Positions 12,937 through 26,410 are shown, counted from the first letter of the stretch. The stretch: 64,000 bases of DNA from Lingula anatina (GCA_051362555.1 CM120641.1:8556001-8620000); one strand, 5' to 3'. Numbers and translations: made by a program. Notes: generated from the letters alone by a model not told the origin.

Positions 12937-13992
12937 AACTGCTGGGGTACTCGTCCACTGTATGCGATATACAAGTACAATAGTGTTTTTGGCCTTTTGC
13001 AGCTAGTTGACTAGGTATTGACTTCTTTTGTTTACAAGGAGGAGACCGATGGTATCTTTGGGAATGGGTTCTTATATTTTAAAATTGGGCCTTCATATTC
13101 ACTACCTTACTCTACGTAGCGGCATCAGAAAAATGCTATTCTGTAGATGCACCCTGGGAGGAAGACCAACAAGGTAACTTGAAGCGAAGGTAGACACGTG
13201 TCAATGTGCAGCTTGGACATTATCAACATCATAAAACTAAACTATAGTATGCTATCAGGTTTAAACTGATACACGAACAATGTAGAAACCCGAGGTTACG
13301 CATGAATGTTGGTGAAGGAGGACAAAGAAATACTTGTCGGTTCGATCACATCTAGAAAACGTATATTATAACGTGTTTTGCATGGATAAGAAATTAGAAG
13401 GTATCGAACACTCAATATAAAAGCGTTTAAAGCACTGTTTTTCGCCGTTGATTTTTACTTTACCTTCTTATGAATTCAAAATGCTAGAATATCATGACAA
13501 CCGAGAGGATTATTAATTTGTGACTTACACCAAAAGGTTATATGTGAAGGTGTTTCACATACTTTGTGTTCGATAACATGCACTGGCGGATCTGGGATTT
13601 TGCTAGGGGTGTGTGTCTGGGAGGGGGGGGGCGCTCACCAAGATGACATTCCTAAATAGAAGACGAAAACGATTTTAATATATTATGTATTACACAGGGA
13701 TGGAAAATGCTTCGTTTCTTTTCGTTTTATCTTATACTTCATTTCTACTTTCGTTCTGTACATATACATAAATTTTATTTTCTTTTTTTTTCTTTTTTTT
13801 TGGGGGGGCGGGGGGGCGGGAGGTAAGGGATGGGCGGAAAAGAGGTACCTCTAAGTGAGGGTGAAGTGAATCACAGTCCCCCCTCCCCGATCCAACAATA
13901 AGCATATTTAACTGTTTTCTTTTTACCTGAATGTATTTAAATTGAAGAAGTACATAAACTTTAATGTCCTGCTACAAGTAAAACATCCCCCA

Positions 13993-13993
<1 letters not shown>

Positions 13994-14028
<35 letters not shown>
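13994..14028. repeat. (AC)n microsatellite just 3' of the neuropeptide GPCR stop codon
   Basis: Direct inspection. Confidence 0.9.
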
Positions 14029-14030
<2 letters not shown>

Positions 14031-14064
14031 TAAAAAGCCATGTAATTGTTTAATACTTCAAAAG

Positions 14065-17000
14065 TTACACTGTTGTTACGTGCTCGGTGAGAGTTATAAA
14101 GTTCGTTCGATTTGTAGTAGGCACGTCCACTTTGCTTCGGTTACCGTTTAATTCTTTACACTGTTTCCCCCGAATCTTGATGTTCTGCATCTTGATCAAA
14201 TTTTCTGTATTTCCCAAGCCATTGCCTATACCACGCTCCTCCTTACCGCGAACGCGCAGACCTGACGTCGAGGTTGATGAATTGGTTCCACCCAAACTAT
14301 AGGTCCCCACGCGATCCCTCATAGAAAGATGCCGTCGGTTGCAATACAAACATTTGATCATCTCCCGGAATGCATGTCTATATTTGTTACTTAGGAAGGA
14401 ATAAATGAATGGATTCATGCAGGCGTTGAAATATGTCAGCCATTGCGCAAAGGGAAATAGATATTTTACAATGACCAACCACGATGCTGATTCTTCTACA
14501 AGCAGTTCGAAATCAATAATGATTTTGAGGGAGTAGAGTGGGAGCCACGAGAGTGCAAATACCACCACTACTACAGACAGCATCTTGACTACCTTGATCT
14601 TGGACCTGTAGATAACGTTTGAGGTGTTTGCCGTGGGACTAGGTGGTCTCCGGTTAACAACTATGACAGTTATCATCGTATAACAAACAGAAATGATAAA
14701 CAGTGGCACTATGTAGTTCAGAAACAATATGGCTACCATGAAATAAACTTTTCTTTGGTTAGGCAACCAGCCATCATAGCACACCCAAATACTTTGCTCA
14801 GGGTGCAATTCGTGCTTGTATACAACAGCCCATGGAATTGGAACGAGGAACGCGTAAAGCCAGATGATACCAATGATCACTTTGGCAGATGATTTGGTGA
14901 TCTTGTAGGAACTGCAATTGAAGGTGGTGCAGATTGCAAGGTACCTAAAAATAATCAAAAGACGAAAACAAACTGAACACTGTATTGCGAACGAAATATT
15001 TCTCCAGTACACAAGAAAGCACCAGATTTGTCAAGTATACATTAATGGGATTGGTGAGATTTTGCACGAGTGTGAGCAAAAAAATAAATAAAATAATAAA
15101 ATAATAATACACATAAACACACTCAATCAGTCTTTTCCTTAAATTTCTACTGAAATTTGTTCCGGATCTGGATCTTAAAAACCTTTAAAATGCCCGTTTT
15201 CTGTACAGTTAACTCCGTTATTAATGCATTTTCATAAGTGTCCAGTTACTTGTCAATATGGTTAATGCTTCTTTCTCTTGACATTTTGATCATTGAATGG
15301 TTATTTTGTTTGTTTGCTATGCATTTCTTTCACTAACAACATGGTGTTATATTGAAACGTAACTAAGCTCCTAGCACTGGATACCTAGGTATTCACCAAA
15401 ACCACTGAAGTAAACCCGTTCAAAACACAATCTAAATTGCCATTTGTCTACCTTGAGTCTCTGATTCTTGCAGACAACCTTGATAACTTGATTGGAAAAG
15501 ATCTTACTCCTGTTGAACCAATTTGTGTTTAGAGGGTAGCAAATAAAACCGTGTCTATCATGAGTGACTGTTTCCATCCTGCTCACAACCTTTCTAATTT
15601 GTTACCAAGCAACTCCAGTCTTTTAGTTTATAAGAGTAGTAAACGATTTGATGTAACTTTTATCCTTCAGTTTTATTCATACAGCTTTTACAGTGTGTAA
15701 TACAACGATGCTTTTACAGAGCGATTTATTCCTGGTATTGGATGTTTTATACATTTATTGGCTAAATAAACCTGTATCCTTTTAGCTGACAGAGCACTAC
15801 AGAGCGCTCAAAATTCTACTCTGACCTTCACTGAACCCGTTCATCATCCGTCTAAACCAAAGCGTCAGAAAAGTTTCTTCCTTGCAGACCATTCCATCAA
15901 TAATGAGACCCGCACACTACATCTATCAGCGTAGGCTAGTTTATTGCCTTAATAAGGAATGCAATCTATGACCCGAGCGTGAGACAATAAAAGTCAATAC
16001 ATAGGCCTATATCTGATAAAGCTTCATCGGTGATTGATGATGGGGCTTTAAAAAGGCATCAACAATGAGATTGATGCCACAATACTGAGACAGTTTTCAG
16101 GCCAATCAAACGAACTAAGTGACCCAATGTAATACCCAATTAAGTTGAATCAGATCTTAAGTTGACTCTACTAAAACCGTCTATGAACTTATTTCTTTAT
16201 TCATTCATTTACTTACTATTCTTTATATATTTTCTTAACCTAAATATTCATCTTTGTAAAATAGAGCCCAGATAACAGACAGATTGCAAAGTTCTCTTAA
16301 ACCCAAGGTAACATTTGTAGACTGATAATTTTTCTGCCGTTGCCTTGTTTGTCTAGGACCTTACTACATGTAATTGCTTTTTACAAGTTAAAACCCTTAT
16401 CACCAATATTTTGAAGACAACAAACCAATAGCAAATACTACGTGCAAAAGAAAAGAATCCATTAAAAATAACAAAGCTGTTCGGACCTTTAGATATTCCG
16501 GGGCATTTGATTTTGCAATGGATAGATTCACCCCTGTTAATTTAAAGTGAACATCAATGGCGATAAAAGGCTCAAGAACAATTTAAATTTCTTCAAAACA
16601 TCTTACTTAACACCGATATAAAATCTCATTTAAGGTATTACTTCAAATTGACCTTCGATTAAATCCAGCTATCAATTTATCAGTAATAATTATCAGTTTA
16701 AGAAAAATAGAGAAAAAGTTGTAACTGTGGATTTCAAAGTGGCAATTTTTAATCCGTACACTAAAGGGATTCGAGACGTTAGGATCTTTTTTGTGAACAC
16801 TGTATATCGATTTCAAACAGAATTCCCTCACCCGAACAGCTATCAATACCGTTTTAACGCCTACTTAATCACAACCAAAATTACTGTAAGTCAATGCCAG
16901 GAAATTTTCTTGAAAGGTTTGCTTCTGATTTCATCAACAAAATACAAAATGATCCCTTTGTTTAACGGTACATATCTCCTAAATAGAAAAAAGAAACTAG

Positions 17001-20000
17001 AAAAGCACTCAGAGAGCGCAGACCTCCGCCAAGGCAGCAAAGTCTCCATCCAATGCCGTTTCACCCCTAAATTTTCATTCTATAATGGTTTAGTTTTTTG
17101 ATTTTTGATTATTTTAATAATTAAAATTATTGATTGATTATTAATCCGGATCACCACCAAACCCACTTCTGACAGTTCCTGAAAATTTTATCAAAATCGG
17201 TCCATAACTTAGTGTTTTGATTTTGGATTATTGATTATTGATTGATTTTTGATCCAGATCACCACCAAAAACTAATCACTTCTAAGTTAACCCATTTCTG
17301 ACCTACCCTGAAAATTCCACCGAAATTCACTCGTAACTTTTTGAGTTATGTTGATGACAAACAGACAGACAAACAAACAGGGGTAAAAACATAACCTCCT
17401 TGGCGGATGTAAAAATTGTACCACACTTTAGTCCACACTTTAGTCGTCAATCTTGCCAATTTTTTAATAAAATATCTTGCTCAGTCGAAAAACGATCGCT
17501 ATTTTCCACCAGTTTACAAAGCATCTAAATTAACGATAAATGATTGACCACCCTGCGTACAGACCGTGAAGGTATCATCGAAAGTGCAAAGCCCTTCTGG
17601 CTGTCAAGTTCCTATATTGGTGAAGGTACGAGTGCTCACAAATGAAGAAATAAAAAAGGAAAGTGTTGTTCTGAGGGGTGATGGTATAGATGTCCCCAAG
17701 ACTGTACACAGGGTTTGCAGAAGGGTGGAGGGCACAGGTGATGACCATAGGTCACCACGAAGTGGTCGCCCAAAGAAGACTAGAGCCAGAGACAACATGG
17801 GTCTTTTCATGCTGTCAAAGCTTAGGAGATGTGAACTGTGCAGCAAATTAGCTTTGCAGTGGGCTGCGTAATTTACAGGTTGGAAGTAGCAAAATAACAG
17901 TTCAAAGAAAGCTCCATGCTACAGGAATTAACACCAGGGTTGCCAGGAGAAAGCACTTATCATCTTGGTAAACAAATGGAGAAGAGTGGCATGGGATGCA
18001 AGAACCATTGTATTTTCTGTTGAGGCCATATTCACTGTTAATAACGTGAGTGGACAAGGGAGAGTATGGAGAACATCATCAGCTTCTTATCTGCCAGAGA
18101 ATATGCATTTTCTCGCTAGACAGTTCGTTTTAATAATGGTTTTTGGGTGCATTGGCTTCTACAGAATCGGTAAACTGGGGTTGATGCATGAAAACATGAA
18201 ACACAAGCGTTACACTGACATTCTGGAACAGCATTTTTTCCCAAAAATATATTTGGGACAGGAAACATGAATTCATATTCCAAAATGCTTACGCACACCC
18301 CTCAGAGTGGCTTTACCAGCATGGCATCAACAGGGTAGATTGGCTTGCCCAATCCCCAGACGCAAAGAGAATCTGTGGAATGAGACTGGAAATCAAGTGA
18401 CAGAGGATCGCCCCTTTACTAGAAGTGCTCTAATCCAAAATGACTTTAGAGCCTGGGCCAACGAAGTCCCAAGAAGAAAACTGGCCGTTATCCGTCTTTG
18501 CCAAGAAGGATGGTGGCCATATTGAAACCACGTGGCTAACCTACAAAATATTAATTCTGACACAATAACATGTGTAATTTAAGGACAAAACATTGGTCTG
18601 TTAAACTTTACTAATAGAGATACTAACTTGACATAATCAATTTTCAAAAAAAAAAAAAAAAGGCAAATTGATGAACCTAACAAACTCAACTGTTATTCAC
18701 CTTCAAGCAAAATGGTGCAATACGGTGTCAAATTGAACCTAACAAACCCAGCTGTTATTCACTTACGAGCAAAATAGTGTCATCCTATATATATAAGAAA
18801 CTAGAAAATTAGCATTTTTTTCTAAGCTTCTAAATAATTGATAAATAAATTAATATATATATTAAATCAAATATAATCATAAATAATAAATCAACAGGTA
18901 TGTCAAAGCAACAGTGAGTTAATGCTTACCGATCTATAGCTATTGCTGTCAAAGTAGAAATAGAGCTCACAACAGCGACACATGTGATGAAGGGCAATAG
19001 TTTGCACATCAGCCAGCCCATGACCCAACCTAAAGTAAGAAAACAAACAAACTAAAATACAATGTACAAAGAAATATTACATGTATTTTTGAACTGAATT
19101 TCAGATTAGCTTTGTCATTCTTTGTCCATATACATCCCTGTAAACATGCAACCAAATATCCTCCTTAACGTGCTTTATTCGACTCACAATGACCCATAAA
19201 TGTGCTGTCACACCTAGCGTAAAAGAGGTACGTCCAAATATGGTGTGTCAATTACAGTAAGTCCATTATACGCACAAGGTTGAGTGTATAAAATCACCCC
19301 TTTTCCAGCGTATGAGAAAGAACAAATAATCAGCGTGGAAATAAGGTATTGAAAGCGTATTTTAAACCGTATAACTTGCGTTTGAATATCGCATGAGTAA
19401 TTAAGGTGTGTCATCGTATGCGTAACGGATGAGTATTGGATATCAGCGTTTAAGTAGCGTATATTCATGAGCGTTTCAGTGCCGTATATAAAAGTATGAT
19501 TAGCGCAAATGAGCGTATGAGTAATGTATGTATAACGTGCTTATGTTTTGTTCATAATTATGAAGTGCAGACTGGATTTAATCCAACTGGGATCAAAATT
19601 ATCTACATCTGTCATCAACCATCATGGGAGGTTGTGATGAAAACGACAAAAGGTACAGGATGCGTTTGTCACACGGTAATCGTGCGTTAGGTAAACGCAA
19701 AATGCGTTCGGCATACGCTTATATACCACAAAGGACAAGACAATATACGGTAGGCATACCAGTAAGTTAACATACGTTAATAATTCATCAGAGCCACGTC
19801 CCACGTACGCGACTAGTTCGTCAGTATTAGGCTGTCTAGCGTATGTCTAGCGTAGCCCTAGTGTGTAACGTATGGGTAAAGTACGACTCCAACGGGAGTA
19901 TACGCTGAAAAATTTTGAACGTGCTAAAAGATATCTAGGCGTATCTAGGCGTATGCAAAACGTATACGGCGTAGTAACAAAGATTCAACTGCGTTTGTCT

Positions 20001-22630
20001 GCATTAGTGCAATGCGCTATATAGTGTGACAGAGTCCAAATTTTTGTCCGTTTAGGTAACTTTAAAGATATGATATTGACCGTTATTTGAACTACAGTTT
20101 ACTGTTGGTTTTAAAAACACTTTTATGCAGTTCATTTTTGGGTGAAATCATAAAAATAGTGGATTGCCAACTGGATCAGATCCAATCGGTGTTGTAGAGC
20201 TACCCCCGCTCTCTCAAACTGGTAAAGCTATGATGATAATGTGAAAATGGCACTTTATTTATACCATATTATTACAAAGCGTTGGAATATGTTTTCCAAA
20301 TGCTAATCATGCGCTAGGCATAGGCCTACATTAAAGAGTAAGTGCAATGGAATGCTTTTATTTTCTTAATTAATCATTGCAGATACGTTCAATATCCTAC
20401 TTGTTCACGACTATTATGTTACACATGCGCTACGCAAAGCCAAGCTATATCGGTCAACGTATGAAAAACTTATCGTAATTTTAACTTCATTCTACCGTAC
20501 GCTGAAAATATTCCCTCTGCGTATCAGAATGTGCACCAACGTTTACCTGCATACGCGAAACGTATACGACGTAAAGCTTTCAAATCCCTTGCGTTTGTCT
20601 GTGTATGTGAAAATTTTCCCATACATGGGTAGACCTACTATACGCTATAGTGAGACATGGCCTTTAGCGAAAAGATACAGATAAAACCCGCTGGTTTAAG
20701 TGGCAACCATCCAAAAGCTAGGCTTACATAATTCAAAAGCTTCGCAGAATTGAATGCCGGAGCAACAAGTGTATATTTCCTGCTTGGAATGATCACAGTT
20801 ATATCTTCTCAGGGGAAAAACTTTTATAGTTCTGAATGGGTATGTAACATTCTCTGTTGGATGTCCGAGATCAACATTGTCTACTAATAGATTATATGCG
20901 CATCAGCTGGCCTCTGGTACAGAGTAACACATATTGCCGTAATTGGGTCCGACAAGGCTTATTTTGCTATTGAAATTTTAATATCCATGTCGTTGACTAC
21001 TGCAGTAATTTGAGGGCGATTAGTTCTAAAAATGCAGTTTCGTCCAATAGACACTGAAATTGCTTGAATGCTCTCAAAAAAGGGTGCAAGAGACGAAAGA
21101 AAACAGTTCGGCTACTATTTTAAATTATGGTAGAAGGTCTATTTCTAATTGAATATTCGGAAGGCAACTCGCGTTGATTTTGAAAAGCATGTCTAGAAAA
21201 CATCATTAATTTCTGCATTCTTGATCCAGAAATGACCCGTTTTAAAACAGTTGGCGTGATTCGGCAGAAATCACCAAATTTGACATTTTCCTCAAATCCT
21301 TTGCTAAATAATACAGGCATTCCACCTGCCTTAATCTCAACACCAGTGACATATCAGAGTTCCATTTTTTTCTCTGAATTGAAAAAGACTGCAGCTTAAA
21401 CATATTCAAAACGACTTTCACAAAAAAATAAAGCATTTAAGTTCTATTTTAGATACTAAACTTTTGAATGCAATATACCCGCTAAAAATCCTAGTGGGTC
21501 ATTGCAGACATTCCAGGCATTCGAGTGGGTCATATGTCTGAGATGGTAAATGAGGTCCTTCACGAAGGAACTTTAACGCTCTGAATGTATCTCTTGAGTC
21601 TGAAGCAATAGATGTGAAATGTGTGCCTTTGTCACATTTGGAATTGCGATCGCGTCATTGATCTTACAATATATAGACTAAAACATTCAATAGGCAAAGC
21701 AAGCAAAGATGTTCACTTTTCAGATTTCAGTTTTCAATAATGTCTCGAAGGATACATTTAAAGTTGCTGCACCTTTGCTTCTATTCCAGTGAAATTGAAC
21801 AATAATAGTCTGGAATGGTTGGCGACCAGCGGGACTGGTAATTAGACTTCTATCTTCCCTAGAGTAATCTTTGTGATAAGACAGCATGCCAAAGGTCGAG
21901 TCAGTGTATAAACTAGATATACTAAATGGAAAAAAAACAATTAACCAATAAGTGATCATACATTCACAATGGATAGTTTTGGGGTTGCCTAATATAATTT
22001 TTATTGGTTTGGACTACGGACTTTTACTATGTACATCTTCCTTAACCTAGCGAGAACCTTTGATCATTTAACAGTACATAAATAGCTCTGACTGTATGTA
22101 GCGCAAAGCTATGCTGATCAAATTCACAGATTTTAACACTTTAATTTACCTAGATTTCTCCTGAGTGTGGAATGCAATTACAAACATTGCTATCTGCATG
22201 GTGCCTAGGTTCAAACTTTAACACTTGATTTAATATCGATGTCTGATTTTCATTGGACATGTATAAATTGTTCACATGTACAATGTTTGGGGGTGAATGG
22301 TGGCTTTTGACCTCAAATGAATAAAAGAGAGATTGGTTAGATTTTATGGGGAGACACTTGTGGCTGTATTTTCAAGCAGTCCCTCATCCTACCCCACCCC
22401 ACCCCAAAGGGAAAAGGCACGCCTTCCCCTGATAACGACGATCATTGATGACATAAGGCTTAGGAGAAGGGGGACAAGGGTGGGTTTATTCCAACTCCAA
22501 CCCACATTTTAGCAAGCCAATCCGATGCACAGGAAATAGGAGCTAAGCGGGTGCAGTGCATTTCTTAAAGCCAAATTTGATACTTTCGTAAGTTATTGAA
22601 ATGGGCCGAAACCCCAGTCAATCGTTGGCT

Positions 22631-22678
<48 letters not shown>

Positions 22679-25600
22679 ACCTGTACCCCCTCCCACGTAC
22701 TATTAATTTTTTTCCTGAATAGTTACCCCCTCTCCCTTCCCCCACACTTAAAAATCCCCTTACGCGCTTGGATGATGATGATGATGAAGGAATAAATTGC
22801 GTATCCAAGGGGTCTGAACTACCAAGAAAGAAGTACGTTGAGTACAGTGATAACTCTAGTGTTAATTTTGTCTCTTTTACACACAATTCACTTAAAATGA
22901 TAAGTGCGCCGAGTAGCTATAAATCTCTCTTTGTCCCAAATGTGCCCATAAAATTTAGCAGAAGTGCTGAGATTGCTTTTGCCTCGAATTGGCAAACCAT
23001 TCTATGTACACCATAGTCTGGGCATAAGTACGCTCACCACCAGTGGCAAATTTCATGCACACATTTGGGACAAAGAAAACCATAGAATTTTGTTAAACAT
23101 TTAAGTATAAAACGCAGAAATACGTCTCCATGGCCCGATATTTAATGGCCAGTTAAAGATTGCCAAAGATTATTGGAAACAGTTGTGTTTCCCATGAGTC
23201 GTCCCTAAAGCCCAAGTGCCACACTACAAGAATCACGCTTGATTCAGACTGTGTTTGCAACTCACTTGAATTTTGCTTCTAAACAAGTTTCTGGCGAGCG
23301 TATTCTAGGATGTCCCATTATGAGCAAACGTCATGATAAAGAATATCTCTACACTGTTAAACTAATAACCTGCACTTTTTGTGATTCTGAAAGGAGAAAA
23401 GCGCTTTAATCAAACGCCACCTTCCTATAAAGGTTTTTATCAATATTTTTTAAATTGAATATGGATAAAATGTTTTATGGATTTAATTATCTATCCTTCA
23501 TTAGAGGAAACAAAATGATACTAACAACTTTTAAGTTAATTTCTAGATGAGAGCTGTGACAAGCAATGTGACCATTTGTTTGGGAAAAGTGCAGTTTGCT
23601 GGTGGGAAAAAATGAAGAAGAAGAACGAAGAGCCCATACTAAGCAATAAGGATTGTCACATGTAGCTGCATACCCGAAAACGATTATTGCAAGACGTCAC
23701 CTGTAACGGTCGATAAATCTGGACGAGCGGTAACATGTCAAAGAATAGGAAAATATGTTTTCATATGCCTCCCACTGGCGTTATCTACTTTATAAGAGAA
23801 GAGTTTGCTGTGATGATAATGACAAACAGCACGCTTACAATTGCACGCACTGTGGGGTTTCTTCTAAAATCATTGATATCCAATCAATGATATCCAATCA
23901 TTGATAGCCAATCCATAAAAAACATTGGTAATGTTGAGTAAAGTGAAAAGCAAATTCAAAATTTCGTTGTTATAAAAGAAAGCGTACAGAAAACATGACA
24001 AACAGCGTTTGGGGTGTAAAAAATATTGCGTGTGTGTCATATTCCTATAACAAAACCTTGATCCAATTAATTCATACGAACCTAGTAATGAGCATCATTT
24101 ATCCGAATATATACAACATCAGTGACTTGTTGCAGAAACTCAATGTTCTGAGGATTAGCAATTATCTTTGAGCCTTACTATTAACCCTACTGAGCACCCG
24201 TGGCATCAATTGGAGTGTTCATTGCAAAGGAGAGCCAAATTAAACTACCAATAATCTGGACCGCCTCCGCCAAGCTCTTTAGAAAAAAATGGGACAATAT
24301 CCCGCAAAACCGAACCATTACCCTTGTTCAGGCAAGCCGTGCCGCCTACGGGACATAATTGCAGTACGCGGTAGACAAACACGCTATTAGACAGTGATTT
24401 TTAACGAGCACGCCCTAATGAAAATTGTGTGTAAATTAGGTGATATTTGGTGTTGTCTTTTTAATTAAATAGACATTTCTCTATCTCTGTGGAAATCACA
24501 GTGAAACAGCGGATTTGAAGGGGTACATGTGATAAATGTGAATAAACAGTATTTAATATGCATATCTTAAACGCTATTTTGTAGTTTCTGTACCATTGGT
24601 TATGTTAGTTAAGGTATCTGGAATATAAATCACTATTCATAACAATTTACACCCGTGATGAGATAATTTGTGAATAAGAGCACAAGACACCGTGGGTGGG
24701 ACAACCTTTTTGACCAATGTTGTACGTTGTACATATTTATACAGCTCCATTTTAGTAGCGTGTTTCTGTAAATGGAAAATGGGGGATACTGCGCTAGACT
24801 GATCCTTGGCATCTTCATGACTGATACAAATATAATTAACTAGTCAGGGTGTACTTTTTGATCAAAGAGATGAACATTTATAAATTATACTGATACGCAG
24901 ATATACAGACAACAAAAAAAAAACATATTATTAATACATATATGTCTCTAAGACCAAAGTGGCTTTCTGATAAATTGCGGCCTGCTTCCGGTGGCCGTTT
25001 TGACGTCATACCGATATTGAATAATTCCGATTATCAGACCTTTGGTTTCCTTGGTAAATTGCCATGTTTATTTTGTAATTAATGGCAATGATGCCGCAAA
25101 TTCTGCTTCACGGTGCCAATAAGTGCTGCTTATAGCTCAATACGCTCAACAAGACCACAACAGATGAAAAGATATTGAATCAACATCCAATTCATGTTTG
25201 AAAATTAAACTTACGCTAATTTTATTTCATCACATGAAACATACTGCTTCTTTTAAAGCAAGTAAAGCAATTTTCACGCTACATTTTCACACAAAAACAC
25301 CGCTACTCTTAAAGCTTCAATCTCAATACTTGCAAACAAAATTCTAACGTAAATGCATTATGGTTATTTCTACCTTTTACTTTGATGTTGATTGTGCAAA
25401 AGAACAGTTCCGTTTACCTATTAAATAACTTGACATATTGTTGAAAGTGAGACCAATCCTAGGATCTTATTATGAATCAGTCGTAACAGTAATGTCAAAT
25501 GAACCATACCAACCTTGTTAATGTGTTCTAGAAATTGTTCACCTTAACTGATCTTAAATGTGTGGGCCTTAATGTGTCATCTTTAAATTATTTCAAATGA

Positions 25601-26126
25601 CTTTCATATAGGCAATTTATCATGTCTACTTTCAATCTGACTGTTTTCACAAAATACCAACGTGCAACAAAATTCTATATATTATCGAAGTACTTGATAG
25701 ATCATATTTAGCCTACCTTTTATGTTTATAAAAGAATTCATTGCCATTGTAATAGATCAATTACATTTATCAATAAATGTCTTTAAAAATTCTATTTACT
25801 GTTTTCAAGCGGTGGATTTACAACTTACCTGAATATATGTGCGTGACCAGAGTAGGCATTATACACACGATTGAAGATAATAGATCAGCAACAGCCAAAT
25901 TCCCAATGAAAAAATTGATCACCGTGTGCATCCATTTATTTTTGTACACGACAGCGATCACTAAAGAGTTCCCAAAAACTGCTAAAACGAATACTATTGT
26001 GTAGACGAGACTGAAAACTGTTATCGTGCCGGGGGACAACTTGATTCGTGAGGACACGGTTCCATTTTCTCCAAATGCAAATGAGCTCTCGTTGTCACTC
26101 ATATTTAAAACGATGTTCCCGTACAT
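14065..26126 (-). CDS. Class A neuropeptide GPCR, SIFamide/NPFF receptor-like (425 aa, 3 exons)
   Basis: Exons 26126-25829, 19029-18930 (GWVMGWLMCKLLPF...AIAIDR; absent from the ORF track) and 14944-14065 total 1278 nt in frame. Motifs: GN in TM1, NLAVAD, DRY split by intron 2, RSKIKVVKML..FALSWLPLY, PFAQWL..FNACMNPFIY. These resemble insect SIFamide receptor and NPFF receptors. Confidence 0.9.
15400..15680 (+). mobile_element. Decayed 3' end of a Rex1/Babar-like LINE ORF2, in GPCR intron 2
   Basis: Translates to RVANKTVSIMSDCFHPAHNLSNLLPSNSS...KRFDVTFI, resembling the Rex/Babar tail I..D.SHP....F.LLPSG...T.RF..SFIP. Confidence 0.45.
16995..17412 (+). mobile_element. Helentron-associated / DINE-1-like non-autonomous element
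   Basis: Starts aactagaaaagcactcagagagcgcagacctccgccaagg and ends (gaca)n...aaaacataacctccttggcggatgtaa. It has subterminal inverted repeats, a duplicated internal core (gatcaccaccaaaa...ctgaaaatt...taactt twice) and a terminal hairpin. Confidence 0.7.
17425..18680 (+). mobile_element. Decayed Tc1/mariner DNA transposon (frameshifted transposase pseudogene) in GPCR intron 2
   Basis: Fragments in several frames: RSGRPKKT (GRPR motif), W..IVFSVEAIF (degenerate FSDE), GQGRVWR, MVFGCIGFYRIGKL, Y.DILEQH, ENLWNE (NPIENLW), C-terminal KPRG*PTKY. Only degenerate similarity remains between the two ends. Confidence 0.8.
19203..20665. mobile_element. Old non-autonomous DNA transposon relics (two related GCGTAT-rich pieces)
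   Basis: Ends ctgtcacacctagcgta (19205), tatagtgtgacag (~20020) and tatagtgagacatggcc (~20650). Segments tacgctgaaaa and cgtatacg.cgta...tgcgtttgtctg are shared between ~19900-20000 and ~20500-20600. Confidence 0.45.
22633..22672. repeat. poly(T) tract, 40 nt
   Basis: Direct inspection. Confidence 0.9.
22929..23075. repeat. Short inverted repeat / MITE remnant
   Basis: ctttgtcccaaatgtg...cacatttgggacaaag (16 bp perfect, extends imperfectly). Confidence 0.55.
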
Positions 26127-26320
26127 ACTGGAAATTAGGTCCTGTCTGGTATTTCCGCAGTGATATTAGCGATGACCTCTTTGTCGACGGGTTGATCACA
26201 AAGTAGTGCGAATGCAGGCTTGACCATGTCGTACATTTTACACTTCATTAATTAAAAAAATTGATGCTTTAATATCCTAGAAACGTGTTCATTAAATGAC
26301 AAGTTAGCATCCGACAAACA

Positions 26321-26410
26321 CTTATATATACTGTTTCATCGCGAGGCAATTTCCAATGTAACGCCTGATAAAGGGCCTCCCTTTTAAATACCCTCGCTGT
26401 CATGACGTCA
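26321..26410 (-). promoter_or_regulatory. Candidate CRE + TATA promoter of the neuropeptide GPCR
   Basis: Perfect CRE palindrome TGACGTCA at 26403-26410 and TATATATAAG (minus strand) at 26330-26321, about 200-280 bp upstream of the ATG. Confidence 0.4.

Noticed and set aside
14945-15012. N-terminus of the 315-aa ORF as a stand-alone GPCR start
   Set aside because: This part is intron; the exon starts at 14944 and completes the DRY motif with the 18930-19029 exon.
21720-21959. 79-aa minus-strand ORF as an extra receptor exon or nested gene
   Set aside because: The receptor is complete without it and no motif is recognisable.
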